Position numbers and translations under genes: made by a program. A model generated the notes under the pieces. That model made no database searches. It was not told the origin of the DNA and saw only the letters and a program-made list of their open reading frames with translations. Source: the human T2T-CHM13v2.0 reference genome, Homo sapiens. From it: a stretch of 64,000 nucleotides of DNA. Shown here piece after piece: positions 17,761-35,475 of the stretch (the first letter of the stretch is position 1; each line of letters starts with the position of its first letter). Location: the NCBI RefSeq assembly GCF_009914755.1, contig NC_060941.1, one strand, 5' to 3'.

Positions 17761-18076
17761 TTGGTGGGTTTTTTTGGTGGTTTTTTTTTTTTTTTTTTTG
17801 AGACAGAGTCTCACTATGTTACCCAGGCTGGCGTGCAATCATCTTGGCTCACAGCAACCTCTGCCTCCAGAGTTCAAACGATTCTCCTGCCTTAGCCTCC
17901 TGAGTAGTTGGGATTACAGGTGCACACCACCACGCCTGGCTAATTTTTGTATTTTTAGTAGAGACAGGGTTTCGTCATGTTGGCCAGGCTGGTCTCGAAC
18001 TCCTGACCTCCGGTGATCCACCCGCCTTGGCCTCCTAAAGTGCTGGGATTACAGGTGTGAGCCACCACACCCAGCC
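17761..18076 (-). mobile_element. AluS
   Basis: Antisense dimer; TSD TGAAATCCAACTT. Confidence 0.92.
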
Positions 18077-18343
18077 TGAAATCCAACTTCTATCCTGAAA
18101 GGCAGGTCTGCCTTCCACCAAGACCCACAAGGTGGGGAGAAGAAGAGATTCCCCAACATAGCCAAGGGATGTGGGTGCTAAGCAGCCAGAGGAGGAAAAG
18201 GGGAGGGAGAAGGAAGGAAGGAGCAGGGGAAAAGCCACCCTTGGGAAGCCTTATTCATGTATTTCGCCATTTACGCCTTCAGTATTCTAGACTCCATCAA
18301 ATTTACCCCAGCTCTTCCACTCCCTTTAGAAAGACACAGATGA

Positions 18344-18381
18344 ATGGAATCCACTGCATGGAATCCACTGCATAGAATCCA
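18344..18381. repeat. 14-bp tandem repeat (ATGGAATCCACTGC x2.7)
   Basis: Read directly from the sequence. Confidence 0.85.
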
Positions 18382-18909
18382 TGGGCCAATTCTATCTCCA
18401 GTTTTCTGCGTGAAACCCTAGCAATGGTTGCAACCCCTAAAGGTCTTAGCTGCTTCCATCCGTAAAGGAGCCAAATTAGATAGACTTCAGGGCCACTTCT
18501 AGCGTAAACACTCCCCCTTTCCAGGGCAGCAATAGCCTCTGACTCAGCCCACCTAAATGATCACTCATCCCCTGTGAGTTGGAGAGAACAGGTATTTCCA
18601 GTGCCAGTGCTTCTAGAATTCTGCTCTAACCCAAGAAATTCCCCAAGATGAGCTTCAAGGACAGCACATTCCAACTGCTCATAAAATAAGAATGTCCACT
18701 AAATGAGGAGCAAATGCATTTGCCCAGAGGAAGTGGTGTCTCATTGTGCCCTAAAATTTTTTTAAAAGATTTTCTCTTAAGATTTATTAAAATATTTTGT
18801 TAATACAGAAATTCCCATACATTAGAGAAAATTTAGAAAATAAGCACGATAAAGGACTAAAAATCATTCATCACCCAGAGGCGACAGCCTTTAAAAAATT
18901 CTTAATCTT

Positions 18910-19270
<361 letters not shown>

Positions 19271-19575
19271 CCCTTAATATTTTTATATTTATACTGGATA
19301 TGCCCACATAGAGATGAACACATATACATCCACACACATACACATTTTTTCAGCTGAATTTTGAAGCATAATTTTCCATAGCATTAAAACATGAACATAT
19401 TGCATATCATTAAATATTCTCCTCTATCAGTGGTTCTCAACCACATTTCCTTTAGCTATTAGAGGTCAAGATGGGCAAAGCGCAGAATTTCCAGTAGCCA
19501 AACAGAGAACTAAGAATATGTACTCAAGGTTTGTTTTTGTTTGTTTGTTTGTTTTTCTGTTAGAAAAAAAGATGT

Positions 19576-19894
<319 letters not shown>

Positions 19895-20550
19895 TTACTT
19901 CAAAGTCAGGCACATCCAGTTATCTTCCAGGCCTCTAGAAAGCTTTGGTGCTTAGGATAATAAAAGTGAGCTGGACAGGAATTATAAATCACCACTTAAA
20001 AAATTGGCGGAATGTTAGTTGAACTTCAAAGGGCCAATGCATCCTACTCTGAGACATCTGTGGTATAAATGTTATCTTCATGAGTGGTCTCTGATTATTT
20101 CTTCAAGCTCAGCTTAAATAATATAGCAGAAAGAACATGTGTATGAAGTGGGAAGCTATATTTTGGCAGCCTGATTTTCCATTGTATTTCCCATTTTCAA
20201 GTACATCATTTATCTGTCATCTGCTTCTGGGCCCACCACCTCTCATGTCCATAAACTGCATGAAGAAGTACCTGGGCCTGCATTGCTCACAACCACAGCT
20301 ACAGTATCTAGCACAGTGCCTGGCACATAGTAGGTACTCAGATATTGTAATTCATTGGAAATGTATTAGGAAAGCCAACGGATGTTCTTTCCTGAAAAAA
20401 ATGTCCACGCACACCTACACAGAACATTTTGCACATCTTTTAAAGAGTTGATAAACTTTTTTAAGGCTAAGAACCTCACTCCACAATATCCCATCTTATT
20501 GATAGACCAATATTGATTTATCCAAAGGCCTATTTTACAAACATAGAGAT

Positions 20551-20775
20551 CAAGGGCTGGCAAACTCTCTTGGTAAGGGTCCAGATAGAAAATATGTTAG
20601 ATTTTGTGGGTCGGCTTTGTTGCAACTACTCAACTCTGCCAGTGTCACCCAAAGGCAGCTGCAAACAATGGGTCAATGAGCTGGTGTGTCTGTATTCCAA
20701 TAAAACTTTATTTATTAACACAAAATCAGGCAGCAAGCCAGATGTGGTCTGCAAATTATACTTTGCTGATCCCGG
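20551..20775. mobile_element. MER58A hAT fossil
   Basis: CAAGGGCTGGCAAACT...CAACTACTCAACTCTGCC...CCAATAAAACTTTATTTA...TTTGCTGATCCC. Confidence 0.8.
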
Positions 20776-21421
20776 ATATAGACTAATAAAAGCAGGACTT
20801 TCAAGATGCTTTAAGACTCAGATCTTTTGGTGATCAATGATCCACAGAGAATTTATCTAGAGCCTTTCTGTTTCCCGAAGAACTGAATTGCCTAGGCCCA
20901 CCCAAGGACCAGCCTTCCACAAGGAGGATCAGAGACAATCCTCGTCTGGAGGAGAGAGTGAAGGTCATTACGAAATATACTGTGTCACAGACAACCTGCA
21001 GTGGACAGATGCACCTGTATTCTTTAAAGGAGAAAATAATCCCTGTGTTAGTGTTACCTACAAGCCTAGGAAAGTGAAGCCATATCAAGGCTCTGAGGAT
21101 CATTCACAGATTGGGTGGGGCTCATTTGTAATCAGCATGAGCTCTTAAGGAGTAATTAGCAAATCGTTGAGATGCACATAATTTACACATTATGTAAATG
21201 CAGCTAAATGATTTTCTCGAAAAGTTTGTTTTCTTAATCAGCTAATTATTTCACCAACAATATTTTCATACTATTAATCCACTCAAGAAACAACTCAGCG
21301 CAAAGGTAAACTTACCACAGTTAAGGAAAAAAAAAAAACAAACTACAAGAATGAGGTCCCAACTAAAGAAGAATGACAATTCTCTGAAACTGGGTTTTCT
21401 CCATGAAAAAGAACACAAGTC

Positions 21422-21786
<365 letters not shown>

Positions 21787-23278
21787 TCAAATGGGATCGT
21801 GGCAAACTTTTGCCAAGGTTTGAGTTGAAGGTGGGTAGTGGAGCATGGAAAGAAAAACCCACAGGCAGCACTATGACAGAGTAGTCCTGCACAACGATGG
21901 GTGCCCTTGGCAGATCATGTTTGCTTCCTGCTAGTTTGCTAGTCTCGCCACCATCTTCCCATTCACAGGATCAGCAAAAGTGATTCAGACATGGGATCCA
22001 CCATTTCCCTCACCAGGAGTACCAGGGTAGAAAGCCACAATTGCTGTGAGTCCCAGAAGTTTCCCCTTACTCATCTCTTCTGAATGTTCATTCTGTGTGT
22101 GTATGTGTGCGAGACAGAATATACACATGTATGTGCCCACATGCAGATTAAAAGTTGGGCACAGTTTATGAGTCTGTCATTTCCTCCAGTTCCTCTCCTG
22201 GGGATTGTCAATCAAATCAAAGGATGGTAGGTGCAGGCAGGTGGGGGCACAGGTGGGGACAACCTAAGTTGCTGGCATGCTGGACAAAGGCAACCAGTCC
22301 TCCCAGCAGGCACAGCTCAGGGAGACAAGCGAAAAACCCGTACCAGGCTTGGTGCACGTTCCTCTTTTCTTACTTCTTCAGGATTCTCTCTTTTCCTTTT
22401 TCTCTGAGGTATTGACAAGGAGGACTATCGGTGTCATTGCAAAGAAAGCAGGAACAATGATTCTGGGGGACTGAGAACCTGGGCCAACTGCATTCACTCA
22501 CTGTAAAGCAGCTGTTTTTCTGCCCATACATGTTCATGCATCAGGGCGACCATTTCCTGGTTATGCATCTTTGGGGATGCTCATTGATACCCTCTGCGCC
22601 TCAGTTTATGCACTTGCCAAACGAGGGTAATAGTATTACCCACTCTACAGGATTGTTGTGGAGAGTGGATGAGAGTAGGTATAGGACCCATCTAGCACAT
22701 AACACGTACAACACAAACCACATTCTCTAGTTTCTGCCACGAACTAGTATTGCACTTATAAAAATATAAAAGAAAGAGTAATGTCATCTAGTACACCTAA
22801 TCCATTTTAACTTAAATCCAAAAGGGCAAGAGGCCCATGGTGGAGGAGAAAAAAATTAGATTATGATAAGATTTGGTGCAGAATTTTCAAATACCATCAA
22901 ATGCCAATTCTCCATGTCAGCAGAGTGAAAGCATGCCTTGGCTATAATAGCAACACTTTTTAAAATTCCATGTTCACGCTGACATTTTCAACCTTCAGAA
23001 AGGATCACCCACTGCTAAAGATAATAGAGATTTTCCATCAATAAAAGGAGGGGACTGCTGCCCTTCAAGATAGTCTACACTGCTTTGGAATATGAAGTCA
23101 CTTTGTGTTTTTTATTTTTAAATAGTGGATGCACTCCTCTCATGTCGTTTACTTAGGCTAACACTGACACAAGTTTGCACTTCCTAAAAAATGTTGCAGC
23201 CAGAAAGATGGGAATAAAGTAGGTCGCTAGCATCCTTAAAGCATGCTGGCTGGCTGGTTATCCAGAGTAGACTATGCT

Positions 23279-23447
23279 TGATAGACAGATTGACAGACAG
23301 ACAGATGGATAAGATATATACACACAGATACATGGGTAAATACATGCACCATCTATATACAACACATTATATATATATAATATATATATATATATAAAAA
23401 ATATATATATTGGATATATATAGGATATATATATACACACATTGGAG

Positions 23448-23496
<49 letters not shown>
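23279..23496. repeat. (GATA/GACA)n and AT-rich tract ending in (TA)22
   Basis: Read directly from the sequence; pure TA run 23452-23496. Confidence 0.9.
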
Positions 23497-23499
<3 letters not shown>

Positions 23500-24629
23500 C
23501 AATGCTATTTCATTAAGCCATTATATTTCTATTTTCAGGCTGATTTTTGTTCAAAAATTGTATATATATATGACTTTTAGAAATTCACTTGAGACATTGA
23601 AACTTAATGAAATAGCATGAGACAGCTAATTGCCAGGAAGAACAAGCACCACTCTGTGGTCCATGGATTTGTCCATATGAAATGAATGATAATAAAGGAA
23701 ATGGTCAGGAGGAAAACTGGTTCCTGAAAAAAACAAAAACCAAAACCATGAATCAACCCATTCAAATGCAGCTCCTAGCAAGGGAAATACATCTCTTTCT
23801 CTGCCATTTTTTTATTGAGTCAGGGGCCATTGCCTTTTCAAAAGATGGCTGTCTTCTTTTAATGAATCCAATTAGTGCTATGCCAAGATGCCCAAGAGAC
23901 TTAAGGTTCCACACAGACTCCCAGTGCAGGGAGGCTAAATTCTTGAAGCCTCTGCTTTCTGAGATGGAAGTGTTGGGTCAGAAGGGAGGCTGACAGACAA
24001 AGGCTGACCTGAGGTTGCGTGGAGCTAACAGAGCCAAGAAAAACGTTGGTTCTGAGACAGGAGGAAAAAAATAAATCAGAAATCAAACAGCATGGGACTT
24101 AGTGAAATCAATATGAGGACAAAGGAGGCTGCCCTGATGTTCAAGAATGGACCCTGCTTGGTGAACCCTAAGAATTAATGGAGCAGAGCAGAAACGTTTG
24201 CCAGGCTGGGAGCATCCTTTCCCATCCTGTTCCTACTTAGACAAGGACCACAGGGACACACAAAGAATGGCTTAGTTCCTAATGGAAAACAAATGCCATT
24301 CAGCAAAGGTTTTGAGAAGGAGCAAGGTGGCTGCTGAGAGCTTTGTTTTCTTTCCATTTCAGCTACGGGCAGACATGTCTTGCTGAAAAATGAAGGTTTG
24401 AGAAATACAGATTGTCCTAGTGTTCAGATGAGTACTGCCCACTAAGGTTAAAAAAAAAAGGACCACAGGGCTGGAAGATGAAGAGGCAATTATCCTCAAT
24501 TCAACCCTGTGGCTCCTATTACACAAAGAAAGGTGGGAAGCTGAGGCCACATGTGCATGCAGGAGCAGACTGTGAGTAGCTGTATGGTAGAAGACTGGAA
24601 CTGAGCCCAGCCCAAGTTAACGATATTTT

Positions 24630-24800
24630 ACAGTGGTTCTTGAGCTTGAGCATGCAAAAACAAAACACAAAACAAACGACAAGAAAACCCCACAAAAGCA
24701 CTTGGGGAGCTTGAGCAAAGTGCAGATTCTTGGACTCCACAGTAGACCCAGGCAGGGCTTGGGAGTCTGCAGGTCTGACTGCTACTCCAGGTAACTTAAT
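24630..24800. mobile_element. MER5-like fossil
   Basis: CAGTGGTTCTTGAGCTTGAGCATGC...TGCAGATTCTTGG. Confidence 0.55.
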
Positions 24801-27730
24801 TCAGAGGAGGAAGATAGATCTAGGGGAAAACACAAAGGAAACCCATTAAAAATAAACTCCTAAGCTGGGCTCCCAAGAGCCCGGACCTCTTGCTAACTGT
24901 TTAGTGGGGATCTTCACTTGGGCATTATACTCTCATTTTACACACCTTGCCCCAAACGAAGCAAATTACCTTTTGCCAAGAACATGTTCCTCTTCTTGGA
25001 ATCTCTTTTAGGATGACAGATTCCATAATCTCCCCCATTTACCAAGCCAGGAGCAACACAAGAGCAAGTGTCAGCATATGCAACTCACTCTGACAAACTC
25101 TGTTCTCGGAGGACCCAAGGGAAACCCAAGGAGGGACTCAGACCCTAGACACTGGGAGAGTGAGTGTGGAATAACCTGTGATGGTTCTACTCATAAGGCT
25201 CCCAAATCCAGTCCAAAGTATGTGAGCAGGAACCCAATATCCCACCCAGACACAGCCGCCTGTCACGTTTTCTTGAAGTTTAATATTAGAGTCTACCCCA
25301 TAAACCACCTCAAGTGGCAAGTTCTGACCTCCTCACTGACATCTGTCCCTTATTTTGCCACTGCAGACCAGAGTCTGCAGACAGTCAGGTCCTGGCTCAG
25401 TAAGCCTTGTAGAATCGCCCATGCCAGAGGCAGGTGGTAGGGGTGGGCTACAGATTGCAGCGTGCCTGCTGCCATGGCAACGCACGAGCAACCAGGGATG
25501 GGAAAGAAGGTGCTTTACTTAATTGAAATCCAGGCAATGTCTTAATACGAAGCTCAAGGAAGTTAATGCTCAATTAGATTTTCTCCTGCCTCCTTTTTCC
25601 CCTTTCCATTCACGTCACCAAATGACTTTAACCATCCCTCTCTGCCACCAAAACAGAAAAACAGGGGAAAACCCATAAAACATCTCTAAAGTTGAGTCAC
25701 TGTATAAACCACTGAGACTGAACCCTCTCCTCTCACCATACTCAAGCAAAAAGCAACCCAAGACGCCTAGGTTCTCTCTGTTCACTGCCAATCCATCTCA
25801 AAAGAAATTGTTTGCCCAAAGGATTCTTAAGACTGCATTGGCTTTGCCATCACCACCTCACCGGGGCCACCTTTTCTCACACTATGACTACGAATTACCT
25901 GGAGATTTAAAATGCATATTCCTTGCCTATGCATATATGGACAAAATGCATAAAATGCAGATTTCCTGGCCTCATCCACCAGATAGTTGGTTTAGGCAAA
26001 TCAGAGACAGAATATAAGCATCGGCTTTTTTTTTTTTTTTTTCCTAGCAACCCGGGGAATTCTGATCTTGTCTAGAGCCAGATCCACCCTGTGAGAAATG
26101 CAGACCAACCGATTTGGGCTTTACCTGCAGATCTGTCCTTCATAGGACAGGCTGAGCCCAGCTAAAGGTGGACATCTAATGGCCTCACCAAATAAGCCAT
26201 GGGCTGTGAAAGGGTTAACCGGGGTCCCCTGTTACTGCAGTCGTGAGTCCCCTAACATAACGATTCTGAACACCATAGATACACATGGAAAACGTGTCTT
26301 GGGGTCGATCCTAGCCACTATTTCTCCATTCTGCAAGGTGGAACAGGAAAATAAACATGCTCGTAATCCAAAAATATTCACTGATGAACTCACCACTTAT
26401 AAAATTAGTCCTCCCACTAAAAAATTCCCTCCCTGCCTAAGAGCCCAACAGAAGTCCTAACCCGCTGCTCCCTGTCAGTCTGGGTGATTGTGAACATTTG
26501 TTTGTATTTTCATCTTATTGTGGAATTTGTGGAAATGTCAAGTTATAAGTCTTGAGAAAGATACAAGAAGCTCCAGGACATGATGCAGAAGAAAGGCTGT
26601 TCCCTGGCCGAGCCCAGAACACGAAGGACCCAGCTAGGGAGTAAAGATGAAAGCATGGCTGTTTTGCAAATTTAAATTTTGACTAGCCATCTATCTGATT
26701 CCAGCAAGATGAAGGATAAAGATAAACCAAAATCTCCCTCTACAAACACCTAGAAATGATGGGTGAGATGAACAGCAACAACAAAAAAATGTTTTAAATG
26801 CAGGTACAAGTTTGCAACAAAGGAAGGAAATCATTAATGATGAGAAACTAGAAACCGGAGCCTTAAACACCAAAACCAGTTCAGAGGTTGCCTTGGGGTG
26901 AATATGGGTCCCAGGAACAGGGGCCTGGGTGTTACTGTCCACATGGAGGTAAAGGGGAGGCCCTGGAACACACACACCAGGGGCTGAAATTTTACAAATG
27001 CAAGATTCATGGAATTCTGCCCCTATGCAGACAGGTGAAATAGGGGGAAAAAATTATGCACCAACAGAGAGAGACAAAAAGGATGCTCATATGTTTCTAT
27101 GTGGTCTCTGAAGAAAAAAACTGCTCGAAAAAAAAAAAAAAAACAACTTTGGGCCTACACCTTGCAAAGGTCAGGGTATGAGTTTCTACTTTCTACATTG
27201 GCTAGAAAAACCCCACCATAAACATCAACATAAAAGCTGGTTCCAGGGTAACGAGGCTCTCAAAGGATGTTACAGAAACAAATGCAAACCTACTCTAAAA
27301 AAAAATACGCTCCCATGATCCAGGACGCTGAAGACCCTCAAGGAAAAATGCAGCCACCAGAGAAGGACTGACGTTAAAAAGCTGAAAGGTCTAAGAGAAA
27401 TCAGCACTCCATGCATGAGAGTCAGCAGGCACCACCGACAGAGAGAAGCAGAACCTTTGTGTAATAGCTCTTTTTTAAAACAATATAAAACAGCCTAACC
27501 TTATTCAAGACCTAAAAGAAGAAATTAAAACCAAAATAACCACATACAACCAAGAAAAAACAGACGAACCCACTCGAACAACTACAAAATAAAATCCACA
27601 GTCATTTCTATTGAAAACTCAACAGACAAATTAGATAGTCGGATATTGGCTCAATGACTAACCAATGAGCTGGAGGATAAATCTAAATCAGAGAGAGGAA
27701 GAGATGGACAATATCAAGAACAGTTTAAAG

Positions 27731-28225
27731 CAGGGGTCCCCAATACCTGGGTCATGAACCAGTATCCGTCCATGGCCTGTTAGGAACCAGGCTGCACAGC
27801 AGGGGGTGAGCGGCAGGCAAGCAGTTGAAGCTTCATCTGTATTGACAGCCGCTCCCCATCGTTCACGTTACCACCTAAGCTCCACCTCCCGTCAGATCAC
27901 CAGTGGCATCAGATTCCCACAGGACCACGAACCATATTGTGAACTGCATATGTGAGGGATCTAGGTTGCATGCTCCTTATGAGAATCTAATGCCTGATGA
28001 TCTGTCACTGCCTCCCATTACCCCCAGATGGGACCATTTAGTTGCAGGAAAACAAGCTCGGGGCTCCCACTGATTCTAGGTTAGGTGAGTTGTATAATTA
28101 TTTCATTATCTATTACAATGCAATAATAGAAATAAAGTACACAATAAATGTAATGTGTGTGAATCATCCCAGAACCATCCCCCACAACCCCCAGGTCTTT
28201 GAAAAAATTGTTTTCCACGAGACAA
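27731..28225. mobile_element. MER1A (Charlie) fossil, 3' TIR missing
   Basis: CAGGGGTCCCCAA...GGCCTGTTAGGAACC...GAGAATCTAATGCCTGATGATCTG. Confidence 0.88.
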
Positions 28226-28933
28226 GTGTTCACTTTAAAGTAGTATACCAAATCTTAAGATAAATAATACATAGACACACATACAAACACACACACAATC
28301 ACATCATACTGAAACTGAAAACCACTAAAGACAAATGAAAAAAAATGTATACACAACCAGAGAGAAAGACAAAAACTTGAAATGAAGCTGCTGCTGTGTG
28401 CATTTTTATAATGCTTACAGAGAATGCAATGCAAAGCACAAATCTTCAGATGGATGAATGCCAACTAATTAGAATAATAAGTGCCAAAGGAAATGGACAT
28501 TTCTATTAACCTACACATTTAAATGCAATTTGATTTTTCTTTCAAAAGTCAGAGCTAAATACTTTATTTAGCTAACTAACTAAAGCCCCTCACAGATCCT
28601 AAAATCCCCCATAGATTCTAAGTGAAGAGATATTATAAGAGAAATCAAAGGCAATCAATTTCACACAAGAAGCAATGGTGAGCAAAGATATTAGCAAAAA
28701 TGTTGGAAAATGGAAGCAACCATTGATTGTAAAATACAAACGAACAAAAACAATAACAATACTAGCAACTCATTTGGGAGGTATCAAACAAAGGGAGATA
28801 CTAAAATACTGGAAAAGTAGTAACATTAAAGCATTCTAAGGTCCTCTGATTGGTAGGGAGGAGGGGAGAGATGCAGATTAATTTTAAACACCGTTATTAG
28901 GTCAACTAGGCAAGTTTAAAGAAAGTAAAAGGA

Positions 28934-29281
<348 letters not shown>

Positions 29282-29469
29282 TTAATAAAGCGTAAGGGGG
29301 ATAAAAAGAGGAAAATAAAAATCAATCAATCCACTGAAGTACTAAAAAAGGAAAAAGAAAATGCATGGTAAATAAAATACGAGGAAGGAGTATAAATCTT
29401 GAGCCAGGCCATACCCACACACAAGAAAGGGCTGTTCCTCAAGACAGCCCCTGGTGTGTTGAATGAAGT

Positions 29470-29520
29470 GCACGCACACACACACACACACACACGCACA
29501 CACACCTATGCACAAACACA
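29470..29520. repeat. (CA)n microsatellite
   Basis: Read directly from the sequence. Confidence 0.9.
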
Positions 29521-29543
29521 CTAGACCCAGATGGTATTAATAG

Positions 29544-29884
29544 TGTTAAAAAAATTAATTGAAACACTATTAGGCTGAGATGACCCTAGTGCCTTGGGAT
29601 CCTACATAAGCAAACCAAAACCCAACTCACTGTAAATGGTAAAACAAAATTGAAGCTTAGCCAATCAGAAACTGCCAACTAACCTCTAACTAGGGATTTT
29701 CCACTTTAACCAATCAGATATTTTCTTAGTCTTGCTTCCTGGAACACCTTATAGAAGTTTTCCTACTCACACACCCTGGGCAAAGCCCTGATCACTTGTG
29801 GTTTAATACTGGCCAATTCATGAATCGTTCGCTGCTCAAATAAACTCTTGAAAGTTTTTATGTGCCTAAATTTAACTTTTAACA
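29544..29884 (+). mobile_element. ERV1 solo LTR, MER93-like
   Basis: TGTTAAA...CCTACATAAGCAAACCAAAACCCAACTCA...AATAAA...TTTTAACA (TG..CA ends). Confidence 0.78.
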
Positions 29885-30202
29885 TTGGTAAAGACCGTCT
29901 TGTTATAGAGGAACAAATAATCCCCATCCCATGCTAACTATTCCAGAGAATAAATAGAAAAATGAGGAGAGAAAGAAAAATAAGTAAAACTCCCCAACTC
30001 TGCATGATCTGGATGAGGTTGGTATAACTTTAACCTTAATATTCAGAGGGAAAAAAATAATAAAAGCAACAATATTCAAACCAGAGGAATGTAACATAAG
30101 AAATAAGTTTTAGGCCATGCTAACTTAAGAACATAGATGCCAACTGCTAGAAATAAAAAGGATAATAGCATCTATCAAAAATGTGTCTACGGAAAATCTT
30201 CA

Positions 30203-30527
<325 letters not shown>

Positions 30528-30584
30528 ATCTTCAGTAAGTATTATATGAATGGTAAAAATGTAGAAATGTTCGCTTTAGAGTTC

Positions 30585-30810
30585 CACGGATAGACAGAAC
30601 TCTAAAGATGGCACCCAACATTTGCCTCTCTCCCTGCCTAGAGTACACACTTTGCATAATCCCCATGGATAGGATGAATTTCACTGCTGCGAAACTCAGC
30701 TCAGCTGACTTTAAGACAGGGAGGTTAGCCAGGTAGGCCTGACCTAATCCCATGAGATCTTTAAAAGAGAGAGCTTTCTCCAGCTGATCTCTGAAAGGAA
30801 GTCAGAGGTT
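30585..30810 (+). mobile_element. MLT1-type MaLR LTR fragment
   Basis: CAGAACTCTAAAGATGGCACCCAA...GACTTTAAGACAGGGAGGTTAGCCAGGTAGGCCTGACCTAATC. Confidence 0.65.
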
Positions 30811-31096
30811 CTTCTGGGAATAAGGCTCAGGCATGAGCCTTTGAAATGGACATCCCCAAATAAACGAGCCCCCCATGTTGTCCTTCCCAAGTGGCACCAG
30901 TGAAAGTAACAAGAAGCCCAGAGAACATCTGCTGACTGAGGAGGCCCCAGCTTTTGACAAGGTGTCCATCTGGAAGCATCTGGGACAGAGTCAGCTTCTC
31001 AAACCTTGTGCATGTTAAATACGGAAGCATGGTCTCCTTCCCCAGAGAATCTGGTACTACGAATAAGTGGGAAATGCATTTTTATTGATTGATGGA

Positions 31097-31391
<295 letters not shown>

Positions 31392-32574
31392 TGAATTTTT
31401 AAAAATTGATTTTCATAATACAAAAAGCACATAGAGAAAAGAAACTGGCATGTAATCCCCATGCCCGGATAATCCCTGCTGACATTTGAAAGCACGAAAG
31501 TAACACATGTTCGTGTTTAAAATGCAAATAGAACAGAAAAAGCTGAAATAAAAACCAGAACTGTCTCTCCCCTACCCCCAAGTATTTCTTCCCACAAATA
31601 ACTGATCACAGATTTTAATGTATTCTTCTAGAAAAAAAATATTATAATACCAGGGCATATGTCCTTCTCAACATTTCTACCCCAAAGGAATTAGATCGTA
31701 TCCAGTTTTGCAGCTTGCTTTTTTTTTCTTCTTCTTCTTTTTTTTTTGTTTAGCATAACCTGTAGATTTTTCTACATCTGCATTTTTAAAAACTACCTCA
31801 TTCATTTAACTAGGCTCAAGGCAGGGAAGGAATCCCATTTTTAATCAGTGCTTAAGGTGAGTCTAATGTGCGAGGTCAGCAGACCACACTGAGAAACCCT
31901 GATCTGAGACAGGTGTATGCATGTGGAACTCTCTGGTTTCTATGCCAATCCATGCTAAGGTCTTGGGAATGTCCTCTTCCTCTCCCTAACAAGCAGAGGC
32001 CCAGATTATCTCTGAACATCCCAGATTTAGGTACTGCTGTCCCAATACAAATGGAGAAATATTCCTCTCCAGACTGTGTTTATCCACCTGCAAGGGTCTC
32101 ATGATAACTTCCAGGAGTTAGGTAGCATGAGATAGAAAATTATTCCTGGCTTCACTGCTGAAAACGGGTGCCCTGCGGCAATGTGTTCATTTGCAAAGCA
32201 TCTTCGCTAGACTCCCAAATTGCCACTCATCCATTTTCAATCTTAGGTCATTGCCAAAGCAAAGCAAGCAGCCAAGACCTGGTGTTGGTCTCATACAGCC
32301 CCAGATGCTCTCCAGATGCAGAGACCCCTCTCCCCATTCCTCTACAGGCCACGCTCTCCTGCAGATTTGTGGCCAATTGGTAAGTAGCTCCAAGATAATG
32401 TTGCTACGGATTTGCCTCAAGCATCCTTTTGCAGTCTTACTTATCTTTTAACTGGAAAAGGTTTGCCTGCTAATGAGCCTATGTTATCCTTCATCTAATT
32501 ATCTTTGGCAATCCCCTCTTCCCTGGCTGCCGCAATGTTAAGGGCCATCAGTCAGAGATCTGCAGGTGGAGAGG

Positions 32575-33790
<1,216 letters not shown>

Positions 33791-34067
33791 TTTTTCCTAT
33801 ACAAGAGGTAAAGAGAGTAATGTCTATGATGGTGTCTGCTCCTGTCCCAGTGCCTGGGGGAGGGCAGGTGATTCCAACCCAGCAAAGTCCCAGGAGTGGA
33901 GGGAGTTGGAAGCCAAGACCCACATCCCTGGATTTACAGACCCTCTGGGGTGTGTCCCTAGCTTGCCACCCACAGCGCATCCACATCCTCACACATGGGA
34001 AACCCTAGGATACAGCTGAGCTCCACTCTGATCCCCAGGGGCGTTGGAAGGTCATCAGGGCCAGATT

Positions 34068-34152
34068 GGTACAAACCACCCAACTCTGCCAGATTCTCAG
34101 ATTCGACAGACGGGTACAACCCACCCAACTCTGCCAGATTCTCAGACTCAAC
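34068..34152. repeat. 45-bp tandem duplication
   Basis: GGTACAA(A/C)CCACCCAACTCTGCCAGATTCTCAGA x2. Confidence 0.9.
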
Positions 34153-34229
34153 TGGTCTCTCGAAATAAGGATGTAACAACGTGGGGGCAGTGGCGTAGCT
34201 CCTAACTGGCTATGGCACCGAAAAGCTGA

Positions 34230-35245
<1,016 letters not shown>

Positions 35246-35475
35246 GTCAACTGCACTAAGAAAGCAGGTTTGCAGAATGAAGAGAGCTGATGGAAAACAG
35301 AAAAAAGAGACCCTGGTGGGAGGCAAAGGAGAATATGTGAACACGTGCCCTCAATTTCCCACCCCCTGACTCTAGCACCCCATGAGACTCAACTTAGCAC
35401 ACTGCCCTTGGATTGTTTCCTTGGAATATATTCTGCCTTCCTCCTTTAGCTGGTCTGAACTGGGTTTCGCTCCCG

